Assembly (NCBI RefSeq): GCF_035084215.1
Contig: NC_090333.1
Location: 58,652,001 to 58,716,000 of the forward strand
DNA length: 64,000 nucleotides
Source of the DNA: Heptranchias perlo
Taxonomy: Eukaryota
Direction of reading: 5' to 3'
The notes under the pieces are model-generated. The model saw nothing but the letters and a program-made list of their open reading frames with translations, was not told where the DNA came from and did no database searches. The position numbers were made by a program, and so were the translations under genes. This document shows positions 34,958 through 49,700 of this stretch, one piece after another. Every line of letters starts with the position of its first letter. The first letter of the stretch is position 1.

Positions 34958-35687
34958 TAACATAGAAACATAGAAAATAGGAGCAGGAGTAGGCCATTCG
35001 GCCCTTCGAGCATGCTCCGCCATTCAAAATGATCGTGGCTGATCCTCAATCTCAATACCATATTCCCACTCTCCCCCCATACCCATTGATGCCTTTTGTG
35101 TCTAGAAATCTATCGAGCTCCATCTTAAATATATTCAGTGACTTGGCCTCCACAGCCTTCTGTGGTAGAGAATTCCACAGGTTCACTACCCTCTGAGTGA
35201 AGAAATTTCTCCTCATCTCAGTCCTAAATGTCCTACCCTATATCCTGAGACTGTGACCCCTCGTTCTGGAACTCCCAGCCAGGGGAAACATCCTCCCTGC
35301 ATCCAGTCTGTCTAGCCCTGTCAGAATTTTATATATTTCAATGAGATCCCCTCTCATTCTTCTAAACTCGAGTGAATACAGGCCAAGTCGACCCAATCTC
35401 TCCTCATATGACAGTCCTGCCATCCCAGGAATCAGTCTGGTGAACCTTTGCTGCACTCCCTCTATGGCAAGTATATCCTTTCTTGGGTAAGGAGACCAAA
35501 ATTGCACACAATACTCCAGGTTTGGTCTCACCAAGGCCCTGTATAACTGCAGTAAGACATCCTTGCTCCTGTACTCAAATCCTCTTGCAATGAAGGCCAT
35601 CATACCATTTGCCTTCCTAACTACTTGCTGCACCTGCATATTTGCTTTCAGTGACTGGTGTACAAGGACACCCAGGTCCCTTTGTAC
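34958..35687 (-). mobile_element. CR1 LINE 3' fragment (same subfamily as 48775-50048)
   Basis: ORF 35238..35639 and an aacatagaaacatagaaa tail. Confidence 0.92.
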
Positions 35688-35802
35688 TCCGTGTTCTCCT
35701 TTTCCAAATGTTCATCCACCATATCATTTCTAAGACTTTCCTTCTAATTGATGTTAAACATATTTTCTGTTTATGGGGTCGATATTATGCATTAGCACAA
35801 AT

Positions 35803-35970
35803 TGGCATAGAGCTTCACACAATGGAAGCACATATTGGGAATTCGGGAACGTATGGGGCATTGACCTTCAATTTTCTATCAATTTTTGTGGACGGAAAGT
35901 TACATGAAGCACAGTAGCCTCTACGCCTGAATTCCCGATATGCACTCCTGTCACACACCGCTCTGTGCCG
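35803..35970. repeat. Imperfect inverted repeat (MITE-like hairpin)
   Basis: ggcatagagc...catattgggaattcggg..cgta pairs with tacg.cctgaattcccgatatg...gctctgtgcc. Confidence 0.6.
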
Positions 35971-36357
35971 GGAGACAATTATTCATAAAATCTACCTCTG
36001 TGTCTCACATCCATATATATTGTATTCAGTGTCAAGAAACTGTTTTCTGTCAGTCTATCAACTGCAATCAATTAAAACAAGTGTGCTTTTTTTGTTTGCC
36101 TGTTTTCTCTCCTCCTCTCCTGAAGGTACAGGTTCTTGTTGAGACACAATTCCACAGTTATTTACTACCCTCCAGAACCTCCTCCAATAGCCATTCTTCA
36201 CATGTAAACCTAGGCGATGAGTGTCAACCGGCTGCTTGACTGTGAGTGGGCACTACATCCAAATACATCTACCATCCAGTTATCACTACATGGCCATCGA
36301 GTGTGGGAATCCTGGCTGATCTGTTTTTTCTCTCTTTCCCCCTGCTCCTTTCCCATT

Positions 36358-36562
36358 ATGTGGAGATGCCGGTGATGGACTGGGGTGGACAAATGTAAGG
36401 AATCTTACAACACCAGGTTATAGTCCAACAGTTTTATTTGAAAATCACAAGCTTTCGGAGGCTTTCTCCTTCGTCAGGTGAGACGAAGGAGAAAGCCTCC
36501 GAAAGCTTGTGATTTTCAAATAAAACTGTTGGACTATAACCTGGTGTTGTAAGATTCCTTAC
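36358..36562 (-). mobile_element. Palindromic Penelope-like insertion, copy C (subfamily 2), with hammerhead core at 36446-36480(-)
   Basis: TSD CCTTTCCCATT (36347-36357, 36562-36572). Minus strand reads CAC-CTGACGA-AGGAGAAAGCCTCC-GAAA-GCTT-GTG. Confidence 0.85.
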
Positions 36563-36739
36563 CTTTCCCATTGGCATGGCATTTACTATGTTAGGAATGG
36601 TTAGAATGTCCAGCTCCCATTCCAGCGCCACACTGTCTCGTACAATATTCTATCGTAATTTGTGAAATAACTTGCAATTCTCTTTTTCTCTGCTTTTATA
36701 ATATTTACATAAATATGATCAAATTCATTTATTTCCTAG

Positions 36740-36993
36740 ATGGGGCAAACAGACTGATCAATGTAGGAGCTGATGGACTTTCAAATGCTGCGCAAATCAA
36801 GGACCCAATTAGGATGCAGTTTCACAGAAAAGCCAATCAGGATCTCCGTGTAGAAACCCCTGTGGCCTCCACATTAGGGAACAGCAAGAGAGGCGGTGAC
36901 CGAGCTGAAGTGACCGGTTGTTCCTCCCCTCTTGTGAAACGCAAGCATGCTGAGTTGACCTTGGATGACTGGGACGTGCTGAACTGTTACTGA
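36740..36993 (+). CDS. LRRC42: LRRC42 last exon
   Basis: cctAG| then YGANR...MQFHRK...LTLDDWDVLNCY*, matching the conserved C-terminus DWDLLNSY. AATAAA at 37245. Total CDS 1251 nt. Confidence 0.93.
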
Positions 36994-38054
36994 GGAGGAA
37001 TCTGTCACCCTAAAAGAGTTATTCCGCACACATGCTGCGTGACAAGGATTTTAAACGATTCCCTGGTTAACTGGGCCCGGGTGACTGATTCAGGCCGTAA
37101 TTAAAGATTTCAACATTCAGCCTTCGCCTGACTATAACAGAAGCGTTGTCGATCAGTTTACAGTGTTTCAGATTACACGTATTTCTTATCTTAGTTTCTG
37201 GACTTAAATTGCTTTTTGAGTTGTATGGATAACTGAAATCAAGTAATAAATCTTTTTAGGTTGTACAAGTTCAATCGCCTCATACTCCCTGAACTGTAAA
37301 TCTTCACTTATTTTTAGTGTGTCTGTGCCTCTCTTTTCTCTTATTTATTTTCATTTTGTATAAATGAAAATGACTCACTTGAGGAGAAGTGTCCAACAGA
37401 AGCCCAGGGATGACAGGTCCTTTGATTTTTATAATGCCTGTGGACAGATACCCGACCTCTGTGCAGTACTTCTCCAGAGTGATACAGCTAAGATCAGGAG
37501 GTCCGGGGCGGGGGAGGTGGAGGAAGGAATTGAACCTCTATTCCAACACGGCTGTGGCACTAGGTGTTGATGTTCTTTTGAGCATTTAGTCCATTGGAAG
37601 GATTTTCTTGCATGGAAGTGTTTGCAATAGGATTTTATCTTGTGGTCCTTGCCTGTCTGTACAAGTAAGGGTAACTCTGGTACTAGACCTTAGGAAGATT
37701 TATCTAGTTTAGAGAAGGGTCCGGGACCGAGCCCAGCTAATGATTTGAAGCCCTTTACTTAACCTGGACACCACTGTCAGAAAACTCACTGAGCCTATTT
37801 CCATTCTGCCTTGTCACTGACCAGTGGAATAAAGGCATTTGTAAATAAAGCATGACCTAGTAGCACTTGGACATTTGCAGATGTGTCTGGGTAGATGTGC
37901 GGTCTTATAATAAAGCAATTGGTGACTCAAGTTCAAGCTGATAGTTGTTAAAGTTTGATGCCCTGGAGGATATTTTCATTTTGTATAAATGGCTCCTATT
38001 TTGGAATAAATGCCAATTAAACCGTGGTGAAATTTGTTGTAAATATTTCAGGAA

Positions 38055-38520
38055 TGGTCTAGGAACAGGAATAGGCTGTTCAGCCTGTTCTGCTATTCAA
38101 TGAGATCATGGCTGATCTGTACCCTGACTTCATTTAACCACCTTGGCTTCATATCCCTGAACACCCTTGGCTAGCAAAAAATCTATCAATCTCAGATTTA
38201 AAATGATTAATTGAGCTAGCAGCTACAGCTTTGTATTGGAGAGAGTTCCACACTTCTACTACCTTATGTGTGAAGAAGTGTTTCCTAACTTCTCTCCTGA
38301 ATGATCAGGCTCTGATTTTAAGGTTATGCCCCCTTGTCCTAGACTTACCCCACCAGTGGAAAAAGTTTCTCCTATATCAATTCCTTTCAAATTCCTAAAA
38401 ACCTCAATCAAATCACCCCATAATCTTCTATATTCCAGGGAATAGAAGCCTAGTTTTATGTAATCTCTGCTCATAATTTAACCCATGGAGCCCTGGTAAC
38501 ATTCTGGTGAATCTGCACTG
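38055..38520 (-). mobile_element. Decayed CR1 3' fragment; further old CR1 remnants at 34040-34760(-) and 39350-39920(-)
   Basis: ORF 38259..38474 contains LGFYSLEYRRLWGDLIEVF. ORF 39460..39651 contains DFRKAFDKVPH. Confidence 0.8.
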
Positions 38521-40653
38521 CAAGGCCACAATGGACACTCTTTCACCTACTGTAGCTCTGTCCTTTTTAAATCCACCTACCGTGCCACCTTTATTCCTCA
38601 TTTCAAAAGCCTACTAAAGACTTTGCTCTTTAATTACTTTTTCAGTCCTGTGTGTCTATTTTTCCTCTCTCTCTCTCTCTCTCTAAAACACCCGGAGACA
38701 TCTGAGGAGCATTATAAAAATGCAAGTAGTTGTTCTATTTGTTCATTGGTAAGTTCTCTATTCAGATGTGAATTGTTGCTGTTTTATGAATGTTTCAACC
38801 AACCTGATGCAAGTGTGGCAGCATTTGCATGGAGGACACTTTCAAATGTGACGTATGTACTAGACTTCTAAAATATTACGAGAGCTGGGAACAGGCCAGG
38901 GGTAGGTCAGGATGAAGGCAGGGGGAACTGATGAACAGGAATGGGTTAGATGGCATGGTAGTTAGTATGGGCCATAAACACTCTTCTCTTGTTCTCTCTC
39001 CCACTCTCTTTCAAACCTTGTAATCGGTTAGAAAAATTCTAAAACTTTCCTCGGATAACAGAGTATTCATTTGACTGAAGTAAAAATAAAGGGGAGAGGA
39101 GCTTTCTACTGAGAAAAATAAATTAATTGCTTTGGCTTTGTAAGAATAAATGACAGGACAGCTGCTGCTTCTCTGGATTTCCCTGAGGTAAAATTTAAGC
39201 AGTTTGATTCGGCAACGAATAATATTTAAAATGCACACACCTGATAAAAAGGACTAAAAATTTGTTGTATGTTTTGGAGTCATGTGGAAGAAAGAATCAA
39301 ATCCTGTGAAAGGACAAACTGCCTTAACTTGAATTTACACAGTGAACAGAAGTCACCCCAAAATTGAACCCTGTGGGACACCACTACCCACTTACAACTG
39401 CTGTGAAAGATTGCCCTTAGCACCTACTCTCTGTTTTCCCCTTCAAACCAATTTTTAATTCAGTTTGCTATGCTGCCCATAATTCCATACCCTTTAATGT
39501 TCTCTAGTAATTTTTCATGTGGTACCTTATCAAAGGCTTTCCTAAAGTCCACATCCACTACATTTCTCCCATCTACAATGTCTGCTACCTCCTCAAAGAA
39601 TTCAAGAGGTTTGTCAAGTACAATTGTCCCTTTTGAAATCTGTGCTGGCAACTTCTATTTTCTCTTTATCTAGATACATGGTCATTTAATTCTGAAAGAC
39701 TCTAAAAAATTTTCCCTACCATAAATGTTATGCCAACTGTCCTGTAATTACCCAGATTAGCTCTGGCCCAATTTTTAAAAATGAGTTCTACATTGGGACA
39801 CATCCCCACTCCGGAGTCCTAAAATGTAATTTCTAGTGCCTTGTCAATTTCCTCCTTCATCTCCCTCAGGATCCTAGGATGTATCCCGTCGGGCCCTGGC
39901 ACTTTGTTTTCCTTTAGTCTAACTAACTTCTCTACAATTTTCCTTTGTCCATCACAGTATCGGCCATCTCTCAACCATTTCAGGATTCACCTCCTCTCCA
40001 ATTTCTGTCTCTTTTGAGAATGGCTTAGGGCTTCACATAAAAGGTACTCTAACACATAAAATGCAATTTTATGGGTAAGTTTAATTTGAAATATGTACTT
40101 TTCATGTTTCATTATGTTTAAAACCTCATTTTAGACTTTTTTTTAATTAAGAAAAATGGCAGATGAAAGGACTTGAAGTTTTTGATGATTGACTTTATTG
40201 GTTCACTTGACTATCATTCTGTTGTCTAATGAGTTAAGGTATTACTGAATTCAAATAAATAAATTTTCATACAAGACAGCTTGTAGAAATGTAAAGGGCT
40301 GGGAGTCATTCACATGGGAAGAATGAGCCAGATGATTTGATGGTTGATAAGGACAGATTTATACCATGCAATCCAAAATGTATTATTCTGCTGCCAAGGT
40401 GGAGATGTAACCGTTTAAGGCCACAAAATTTAATTACTGATCAATTGGAATTTAATTATTTGATGAGGGAACTGCAGGTTGTGGCCAATAAGGATTTAAT
40501 TCCACTTCAGGCTACAAATCTGAGCCCAGAATGAAATGAATGTTTTTTTTCTTGTTTCTTTGAGTATAATTGCTAAGATTATTTTTACATCACCAGCTAT
40601 AGACATTCTGATTTCTGTGTTCCACTCAGATTCCTGTATTACACTCAGATTCC

Positions 40654-42085
40654 CGTACCAGAGGACTGGAGAATTGCAAATGTTACAACCTTGTTCAAAA
40701 AAGGATGTAAGGATAAACCCAGCAACTATAGGCCAGTCAGTTTAACCTCGATGGTGGAGAAACTTTTAGAAACAATAATCCGGGACAGAATTAGCAGTCA
40801 CTTGGACAAGTGTGGATTGATTAGGGAAAGCCAGCACAGATTTGTTTCACTAACTTGACAGTTTTTTGATGAGGTAACAGAGAGGGTCGATGAGGGCAAT
40901 GCGGTTGGTGTGGTGTATATGGACTTTCAAAAGGCGTTTCATAAAGTGCTGCATAATAGGCTTGTCATCAAGATTGAAGATCATGGAATAAAAGGGGCAG
41001 TAGCAGCATGGATACAAAATTGGCTAAGTAACAGGAAACAGAGAGTAGTGGTGAACGGTTGTTTTTCAAAGGGAGGTGTATAGTGGTGTTCCCCAGGGCT
41101 TGGTACTAGGACCACTGCATTTCTTGATATATTTTAATGACTTGGACTTGGGTGTATAAGGCACAATTTCAAAATTTGCAGATGACACAAAACTTGAAAG
41201 TGTAGTGAACAGTGAGGAGGATAGTGATAGACTTCAAGAGGACATAGACAGGCTGGTAGAATGGGCGGACACGTGGCAGATGAAATTTAACACAGAAAAA
41301 TGTGAAGTGATACATTTCAGTAGGAAGAACGAGGAGAGGCAATATAAACTAGAGGGCACAATTCTAAAAGGGGTACAGGAACAGAGATCTGGGGGTATAC
41401 GTGCACAAATCATTAGAAGGTGGCAGGGCAGGTTGAGAAAGCGTTTAAAAAAGCATACGGGATCCTGGGCTTTATAATAGAGGCATAGGGTACAAAAGCA
41501 AGGAAGTCATGATGAACCTTTATAAAACACTGGTTCAGCCACAACTGGAGTATTGGGCTTAGTTCCGGGCTTTAGGAAAGATGTGAAGGCCTTAGAGAGG
41601 GTGCAGAAAAGAATTACTAGAATGATTCCAGGGATGAGGGACTTCAGTTCCGTGGATAGACTGGAGAAGCTGGGGTTGTTTTCCTTGGAACAGAGACGGT
41701 TGTGAGGAGATTTGATAGAGGTATTCAAAATCATGAAGGGTCTAGACAGAGTAGATAGAGAGAAACTCTTCCCATTGGTGGAAGGGTCAAGAACCAGAGG
41801 ACAGAGATTTAAAGTGATTGGTAAAAGAACCAAAGGTGACATGCGGATAAACTGTTTTACACAGCAAGTGGTTAGGATCTGGAATGCACTGCCCGAGGGG
41901 AGTGGTGGAGGCAGATTCAATCATGGTTTTCAAAAGGGAACTGGATAAGTACTTGAAAGGAAAAAATTTCCAGGGCTACGGGGATAGGGTGGGGGAGTGG
42001 GACTAGCTGGATTGCTCTTGCATAGACCCAGCACGGATTGGATGGGCCAAATGGCTTCCTTCTGTGCTGTAACCTTTCTATGATT
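40654..42085 (+). mobile_element. CR1 LINE fragment inserted in a short ttacactcagattcctgt tandem repeat
   Basis: Contains RT motifs (NYRPVSLT, DFQKAF, KFADDTK) and the tail ttctatgatt. Flanked by the direct repeat ATTACACTCAGATTCC (40638-40653, 42083-42098). Confidence 0.9.
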
Positions 42086-43057
42086 ACACTCAGATTCCTG
42101 TGTTACACTCAGTTTCCTGTCTTAGTAAGGTATTTTCTGTTATTGGAGGAGTTTCTCTGCACATTTGAAATTATTTTTTTTAAATGTTGAATTACCTGCA
42201 ATAAAGTTGCTCAGAGTAAATTTGCCTACAGTTATGTGTAAAAGATGTGGGACACAGGAAATATTATGTGACAAGCAGGAAATGCACACACGCATACCAT
42301 TTTCATTATAGATTCAGACTTTTCAGCACTTTATTCAATTTCACTATTTGAAAGTAAACTGGAACTAATGTTTCATTTCACAGTGCTTCAGTGAGAAGCC
42401 AGAATATTTCATTTGATTATTTATTTGGAAAACCTTCCCTGCCCAGTCCCAAGAAAACAAATATAAAACCAAATCTTCATTCAGCTGAAAGTGTTTTAAG
42501 TGCATGTAAATACGGTTTTATTTTCTAACTTGTGCATCTAATATTTTTAATATGTTTCCCACCAAGAGTTAAATATCCATTACATGCAGCAAACACTTAC
42601 TTTATTTCAAGGAAGCATGACATAATGCAGCAAAAATCAGTTTACAGCATGTAATTGTGGACTAACTGAAACCTAGTAACAGTAAACAAGACGACAGAGA
42701 AAACACTGGCACGAACCAATGGAATTTGACCAACACTGGTTACTGTTAAAATGTTAATCAGCACTTCAAACACTCTTCTGTGTACAATAATGATATTGAA
42801 CAATCTGATCAGAAGCCAACATCAGGGAGACTTGCAAATGTGTAAATCTGGACTCCATGACAGCTTAAAAACATTTACTGTTTTGCGTGCAGTGAGATGC
42901 TGCATTTTCAAAAGCCATCTGCAGAACAAAGATGCATTACTTGGATAAAAGAACCACGAAATAGAAAAGTCTGAGGTCCTGGTTTATTAATATGGTGTTA
43001 TTGTTACTTGGTCTGTTGTTCCCATTTGTGTGATGTCATTACTGTCCACTTCTTGCG

Positions 43058-43206
43058 TCAATTTACAGGACAGATGTACTCATCCGACCAATCTGCACAG
43101 TCCTGCACACCATTCCTGCACAGTAGTCTGGGAATGCAGTTACAATACTGAAAGAAGACAGACTCACAGCCCCAATAGCACGGCCCACATGGAGGACAGT
43201 CAGACA
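43058..43206 (-). CDS. LDLRAD1: LDLRAD1 last exon (third LDL-A-like module)
   Basis: tttcAG| then LSDCPPCGPCYWGCESVFFQYCNCIPRLLCRNGVQDCADWSDEYICPVN*. Minus-strand AATAAA at 42983-42988. Confidence 0.94.
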
Positions 43207-45344
43207 CTGAAAACAAACAATAGTAACAATTGTTTGGCACTGTCCTTTTTTAAATCAGTGCATGTTATGGAATCACTATTAGGGATTAGGGCTGGGAACA
43301 GAATACTTTCTGCTTTGGGCAACAAGCATCAGTATCAAACACTCCTGTTCAGGTACAGCATGGTTATATACACCATAAAGCTCCCTCTGCTCTACCCCAA
43401 AACAGGAGTCAGCCCCAACCTCAGAAGAGTGCCCTACTGCATCACTCTCACACTTCTCTGTTTCCCACACCAGACTCTATGGTCTTTGGCGGGTGAGATT
43501 CACTTTGCCCTTTTTAATTTTTTCCCCTGTGCATTGCGTCTTTTCTGTAGCCAGTATCAAATCCTAAGTTGTTATTGTGACTTCTGTTCTATAATTATTA
43601 CAAGTATATCTTAGTTATTTCTGTACATGTCCTGGAGAAGACTAGTCACATTCTTTATCCTATATCCATGAAAAGGTAAACTGTCAACACAAGTAATGTG
43701 TTTTTGGTCATCTTTGGAGTTTGCAAAATGTGTTCAAACATTAGGCTGTAGGTTCCTGACAAATGACTTTGTGGCTCTTCCCTAATAAACAGTAAATCAT
43801 ATTCCTCTGGGTTTGTTTGGGTAAGAATATTCAAATGAGATAATCTGATCTTGACTGAGAGATGCTGGTTAGAGGTCAGGTGCTTCGCCTGAAGAGGGTG
43901 AGTCTTGCCCAGCTTTAGGGGCCAGTGAAATAGTGGCATTCATTGATGCCTATCTTCTTGGCGCACCTTGAGGCCCGAGGAGAATGTAAGCAGGAAAGAA
44001 AAAAAGTTACTCCGATCGTCACTAAAGGTTGTTTTACTCAGGGCTAACTTCCTACATTACAAGAGTGAGTACGCTTCAAAAAGTACGTCATTAGCTTCAA
44101 AGTGCTTTGGGACGTCCTGTGGTTGTGAAAGGCACTATATAAATGCAAGTTCTTTCCTTTCTAGGAATTACAGTTGTATAATGTAATCTTATTTTTTTCT
44201 CATTGTTTATTGTAAACACTTTCATGAATACATTTCAAACAGATTCTAATCTTTGTATTTGTAAAATTCATTAAATTGTTATAACAAGATACACACCTTA
44301 GAACACCATAGGAGTTCATTAAAATTCTTGAAGTGGTAGACAAAATGGTGAGACTATGTAATGAAAGAAAAAGCAAAGGAAGAATTGAAGTAGGAGAGCA
44401 GTGAAGAGGAGATACTGATGAGTGGTGAAGCAGTCAGTGAAATTAATAAAAGAGGGCAGGGCAAAAACAATGTTTGAAAGCAGTCTTAGCAATGGCACCT
44501 AAGGTTTGTATATCTCTGCATCTGGGGTAAATACAGTTATCCAACCAATGTCATACATTTGAAAAAGAGACCAATAAAAAGTCATCGGTGAGTTAATCAT
44601 AGTGTGTAAGTCAGGTTACAATGCTGCCTCCAGAGGCTCGAGACAAACCAAAACAACGGGCAGCTCCAGACACAGCACCGCCCTAAGGACAATGTAAACA
44701 TCGCAGGCAGAGGCAGATATGTTTCCCAGCTGCTGGTGGGTTGACTAGCTGAGCCTATCCTTAAGGGTCAATCATGTGGTTTTATTGTCACTGGCCCATA
44801 TGCACCTTCCTCAGCCAAGATGCAGTGACCAGAAACAATGGATCAAGACTTAATAAACAACTGCAAAGTGCACTGTTGTTCTCCCTTTCCAGTTGCTGTG
44901 GAACCGGTAATATAAAAAGGGACAGTTTCCAATGCACCAGAAATCTGAAGCAATATTGTAGAACTGCTTCGCAACATAAACACAAAGGCTAACCAGCTGT
45001 TCCAGCTTACATGGACGATCATCATTACCTGCAGAAAGGGGCTTTCTGATACAGTATCCTTGTAGTTAACAACCTCTTAGTAATGTTCATCAAAATGTAC
45101 TCTGGCCTCTTCTTATAATCACTCCTGGCTGAAAGATTGCTACAGACCATCACATTTAATAATAGGCTTGCCATTGATGGTGTAGTAGGTAAGTGCACTG
45201 CATGGTGTGATGTGTACTGAGCTATAGAAGGCCCCAGTTTGTGCTCGGTTAACTGTGCCAGGGTAGCAGTTGGAATATCACAGCTGGAACATTGCTCCCC
45301 TGTTTAGAGAGAGGGAAAAAAAGCTGCCACGGTTCCTGCTCCTG

Positions 45345-46695
45345 CTTAACATTGGTGGTGGGGGTAGTTTTAGAGACAATAATCCGGGACAAAAGTAATT
45401 GGCACTTGGAAAAGTATGGGCTAATAAATGAAAGTCAGCACAGATTTATTAGCGGAAAATCGTGTTTGACTAACTTGACAGTTCTTTGATGAAGTAACAG
45501 AGAGGGTTGATGAGGGTAGTGCGGTTGATACTATGTATATGGACTTTCAAAAGGCATTTGATAAAGTACCACATAATCGACTTGTTAGCAAAATTAAAGC
45601 CCATGGAATTAAAGGGACAGTGGCAGCCTGGATACAAAATTGGCTAAGGGACAGAAAGCAGAGAGTAGTGTGAACGATTGTTTTTCAGACTGGAGGAAAG
45701 TATATAGTAGTGTTCCCCAGTATTAGGACCACTGCTCTTTTTGATATACATTAATGACCTGGTGTTGGGTATAGAGTGTATAATTTCAATGTTTGCAGAT
45801 GACACGAAACTCGGAACTGTAGTGAACAATGTGGAGGATAGTAACAGTCTTCAGGAGGACATAGACGGGTGAAATGGGCAGACACATTGCAGATGAAATT
45901 TAACGCAGAGAAGCATGAAATTATACATTTCGGTAGGAAGAATGAGGAGAGGCAATATAAACTAAATGGTACAATTTTAAAGGGGGTGCAGGAACAGAGA
46001 GTCCTGGGGTGCACATACACAAATCTTTGAAGGTGGCAGGACAAGTTAAGAAGGCTGTTAAAAAAACATGGGATTCAGGGCTTTATTAATAGAGGCATAG
46101 AGTACAAAAACAAGGAAGTTATGCTAAACCTTTATAAAACACTGGTTCGGCCTCGGTTGGAGTATTGTGTTCAATTCTGGGCACCACACTTTAGGAAGGA
46201 TGTCAAGACCTTACAGAGGGTGCAGAAGAGATTTACTAGAATGGTGCCAGGGTTGAGGGACTTTAGTTATGTGGAGAGACTGGAGAAGCTGGGGTGTTCT
46301 CCTTAGAAAAGAGAAGGTTAAGGGGAGATTTGATAGAGCTGTTCAAAATCATGAACAGTTTCGACAGTAAATAAGGAGAAACTGTTTCCAGTGACAGAAG
46401 AGTCGGTAACTAGAGGACACAGATTTAAGGCAATCGGCAAAAGAACCAGAGGCGACATGAGGAAACATTTTTTTACGCAACGAGCTGTAATGATCTGGAA
46501 TGCACTTCCTGAAAGGGTGATTTAATAGTAACTTTCAAAAGGGAATTAGATAAATACTTGAAGGGAAAACATTTACAGGGCTATGGGGAAAGAGCAGGGG
46601 AACGGGACTAATTGGATAGCTCTTTCAAAGAGCCAGCACAGGCACTTTGGGCTGAATGGCCTCCTCCTGTGCTGTACCTACTATGATGCTATGAT
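45345..46695 (+). mobile_element. CR1 LINE fragment splitting an LmeSINE-like SINE
   Basis: RT motifs in ORF 46121..46306. The SINE sequence resumes at ~46696. Confidence 0.88.
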
Positions 46696-46751
46696 TGTTA
46701 TCTGGTGACTCCTACTAAAAAGCTTGTGTGAATGGATGTCAAGTGAGGATA

Positions 46752-49700
46752 TCATAGAAATATAGAATCTTACAGCACAGAAAGAGGCCTTTTGGCCCAT
46801 CGTGCCTCTGCCGGCTCTTTGAAAGAGCTATCTGATTTAGTCCCACACCCTAGCTTTTTCCCCATAACCCTGCAAATTAGTCAACTTCAAGAACATGTCC
46901 AATTGCCTTTTGAAAGTTCCTATGGAATCTGCTTCCATCAACCTTTCAGGTAGTGCTTTACAGGTTTTAACAACCCTCTGTGTGAAAAAAAATCTCCTTA
47001 TTTCCCCTCTAGTTCTTTTGGCAATTATTTTAAAACAATGACCTCTGGTTACTAACCCACTTACCAAAGGAAACAGTTTCTCCCTAATATCTCCTCATTA
47101 TTTTGAATACTGCTATTAGGTCTCCCTTTAACCTTCTCTGCTCTAAGGAGAACAATCCCCCAGCTTCTCCAATCTCTCCACATAACTGAAGTCCCTCATC
47201 CCTGGTATCATCCTGGTAAACCTCCTCTATATCTCTCATCTCCAAATCCTTGACATTCTTTCATAAGTGTGCTGCCCAGAATTGTACACAATACTCCAGC
47301 TGAGGCCTAAACAGTGATTTGTGAAGGTTTAGCATGACTTCCTTTTTTTTTGTATTCAATGCCCCTGTTTACAAAACCAAGTATCCCATATGCTTTCTTA
47401 ACTGCCTTATCAACTTGCCCTGCCACCTTCAAAGATTTGTGAATATGCACCCCCAGGTCCCTCTGCTCTTGCACCCCTCTCAAAATAGTCCAACTTAGAT
47501 TATACTGCCTCTCCATGTTGTTTCTACCTAGGTGCATTATTTCACACTTATCTGCATTAAATTGCATCTGCCATGTGTCTGCCCATTTCACCAGTCTGTC
47601 TATCTCCTCCTGAAGTCTGCTACTATCATCCTCACTATCTACCACATTGCCAAGGTTTGAATCAACGGTAAACTTCAAAATTGTACTCCATATACTCAAG
47701 TCCAGGTCATTTATATATAACAAGAAAAGCAATGGTCCTAATACCGATCACTGGGGGGACCCCACTGCATACTTCTCTCCAGTCAGAAGAACATCCAACC
47801 GACTATTCTCTGCCTCCTGTCCCTTAGCCAATTATGTACCCAAGTTGCCACTGTCCCTTTAAACCCATGTGCTTCTATTTTCTGAATAAGTATTTCATCA
47901 AAAGCCTTTTTAAAGTTCAGATATACAACACCTACTGCACTATCTTCTGTTACTTCATCAAAGAACTCAATCAGGTTAGTCAGACACAATTTGCCTTTAA
48001 CAAATCCGAGCTGGCTGTCCCTTATTAACCCATGCTTCTCCAATGAGAATGGTCTCTAATAGTTTTCCCACCACTAACATTAGACTGACTGGCCTGTACT
48101 TATAGGTTTATTCCTCTCCCCTTTTTTGATGTGGAGATGCCGGTGATGGACTTGGGTGGACAAATGTAAGGAATCTTACAACACCAGGATATAGTCCAAC
48201 AGTTTTATTGGAAAATCACAAGCTTTCGGAGGAGAAATGCCTCCGAAAGCTTGTGATTTTCAAATAAAACTGTTGGACTATAACCTGGTGTTGTAAGATT
48301 CCTTACATTTGTCCCCTTTTTTGAACAGAGATGTAACACTTGCAATCCTCCAGTCCTCTGGCACCATTCCCATATCCAAGGAGGATTGAAAGATTGTAGT
48401 CAGAGCTTCTGCTATCCCCACCCTCAGCAATCTATGATGCATCCCATCTGGACCGGGTAACTTGTTGACTTTGAGTGATACCAACCTATTTAGCACCTCC
48501 TTTCAATCTATTTTTATCCTATTCAATATCTCTACTCCCTCTTCCTCTACTGCGACATTAACTTCATCCTCTTCTTTTGTGAAGACAGATGCAAAATACT
48601 CATTCAGTAACTCAATGCCCTCTGCCTCCACAAGAAGATTTCCTTTTTTGTTTCTAATCGGCCCCACCATTCCTTTAACTGTCCTTTTACTTTTTATATG
48701 TTTATAAAAGATTTATGGGTTCCCTTTTATGTTACCCACTAATCTTTTCTCATAATCTCTCTTTGCCCTTCTTAACATAGAAACATAGAAAATAGGAGGA
48801 GGAGTAGGCCATTCGGCCCTTCGAGCCTGCTCCGCCATTCAATATGATCATGGCTGATCCTCTATCTCAATACCATATTCCCGCTCTCTCCTCATTCCCC
48901 TTGATGCCTTTTGTGTCTAGAAGTCTATCTGGCTCCATCTTAAATATATTCAGTGACTTGGCCTCCACAGCCTTCTGTGGTAGAGAATTTCACAGGTTCA
49001 CTACCCTCTGAGTGAAGAAATTTCTCCTCATCTCAGTCCTAAATGTCCTACCCCGTATCCTGAGACTGAGAGGGTTCCAGAACCCCTCGTTCTGGAACCC
49101 TCAGCCAGGGGAAACATCCTCCCTGCATCCAGTCTGTCTAGCCCTGTCAGAATTTTATATGTTTCAATGAGATCCCCTCTCATTCTTCTAAAGTCAAGTG
49201 AATACAGGCCGAATCGACCCAATCTCTCCTCATACGACAGTCCTGCCATCCCAGGAATCAGTCTGGTGAATCTTCGCTGCACTCCCTCTATGGCAAGTAT
49301 ATCTTTTCTTAGGTAAGGAGACCAAAACTGCACACAATACTCCAGGTGTGGTCTCACCAAGGCCCTGTATAACTGCAGTAAGACATCCTTGCTCCTGTAC
49401 TCAAATCCTCTTGCAATGAAGGCCAACATACCATTTGCCTTCCTAATTGCTTGCTGCACCTGCATGTTTGCTTTCAGTGACTAGTGTACAAGGACACCCA
49501 AGTCCCTTTGTACATCAACATTTCCCAATCTATCACCATTTAAATAATACTTTGCCTTTCTCTTTTTCCTTCCGAAGTGGATAACTTCACATTTATCCAC
49601 ATTATACTGCATCTGCCATGTATTTGCCCACTCACTCAACTTGTCTAAAACACCTTGAAGTCTCTGCATCCTCCTCATAACTCACGATCCCACCTAGTTT

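Noticed and set aside
43030-43614. 194-aa plus-strand ORF
   Set aside because: It is antisense to the LDLRAD1 last exon and SINE remnants, has a non-ATG start and shows no recognisable domain.
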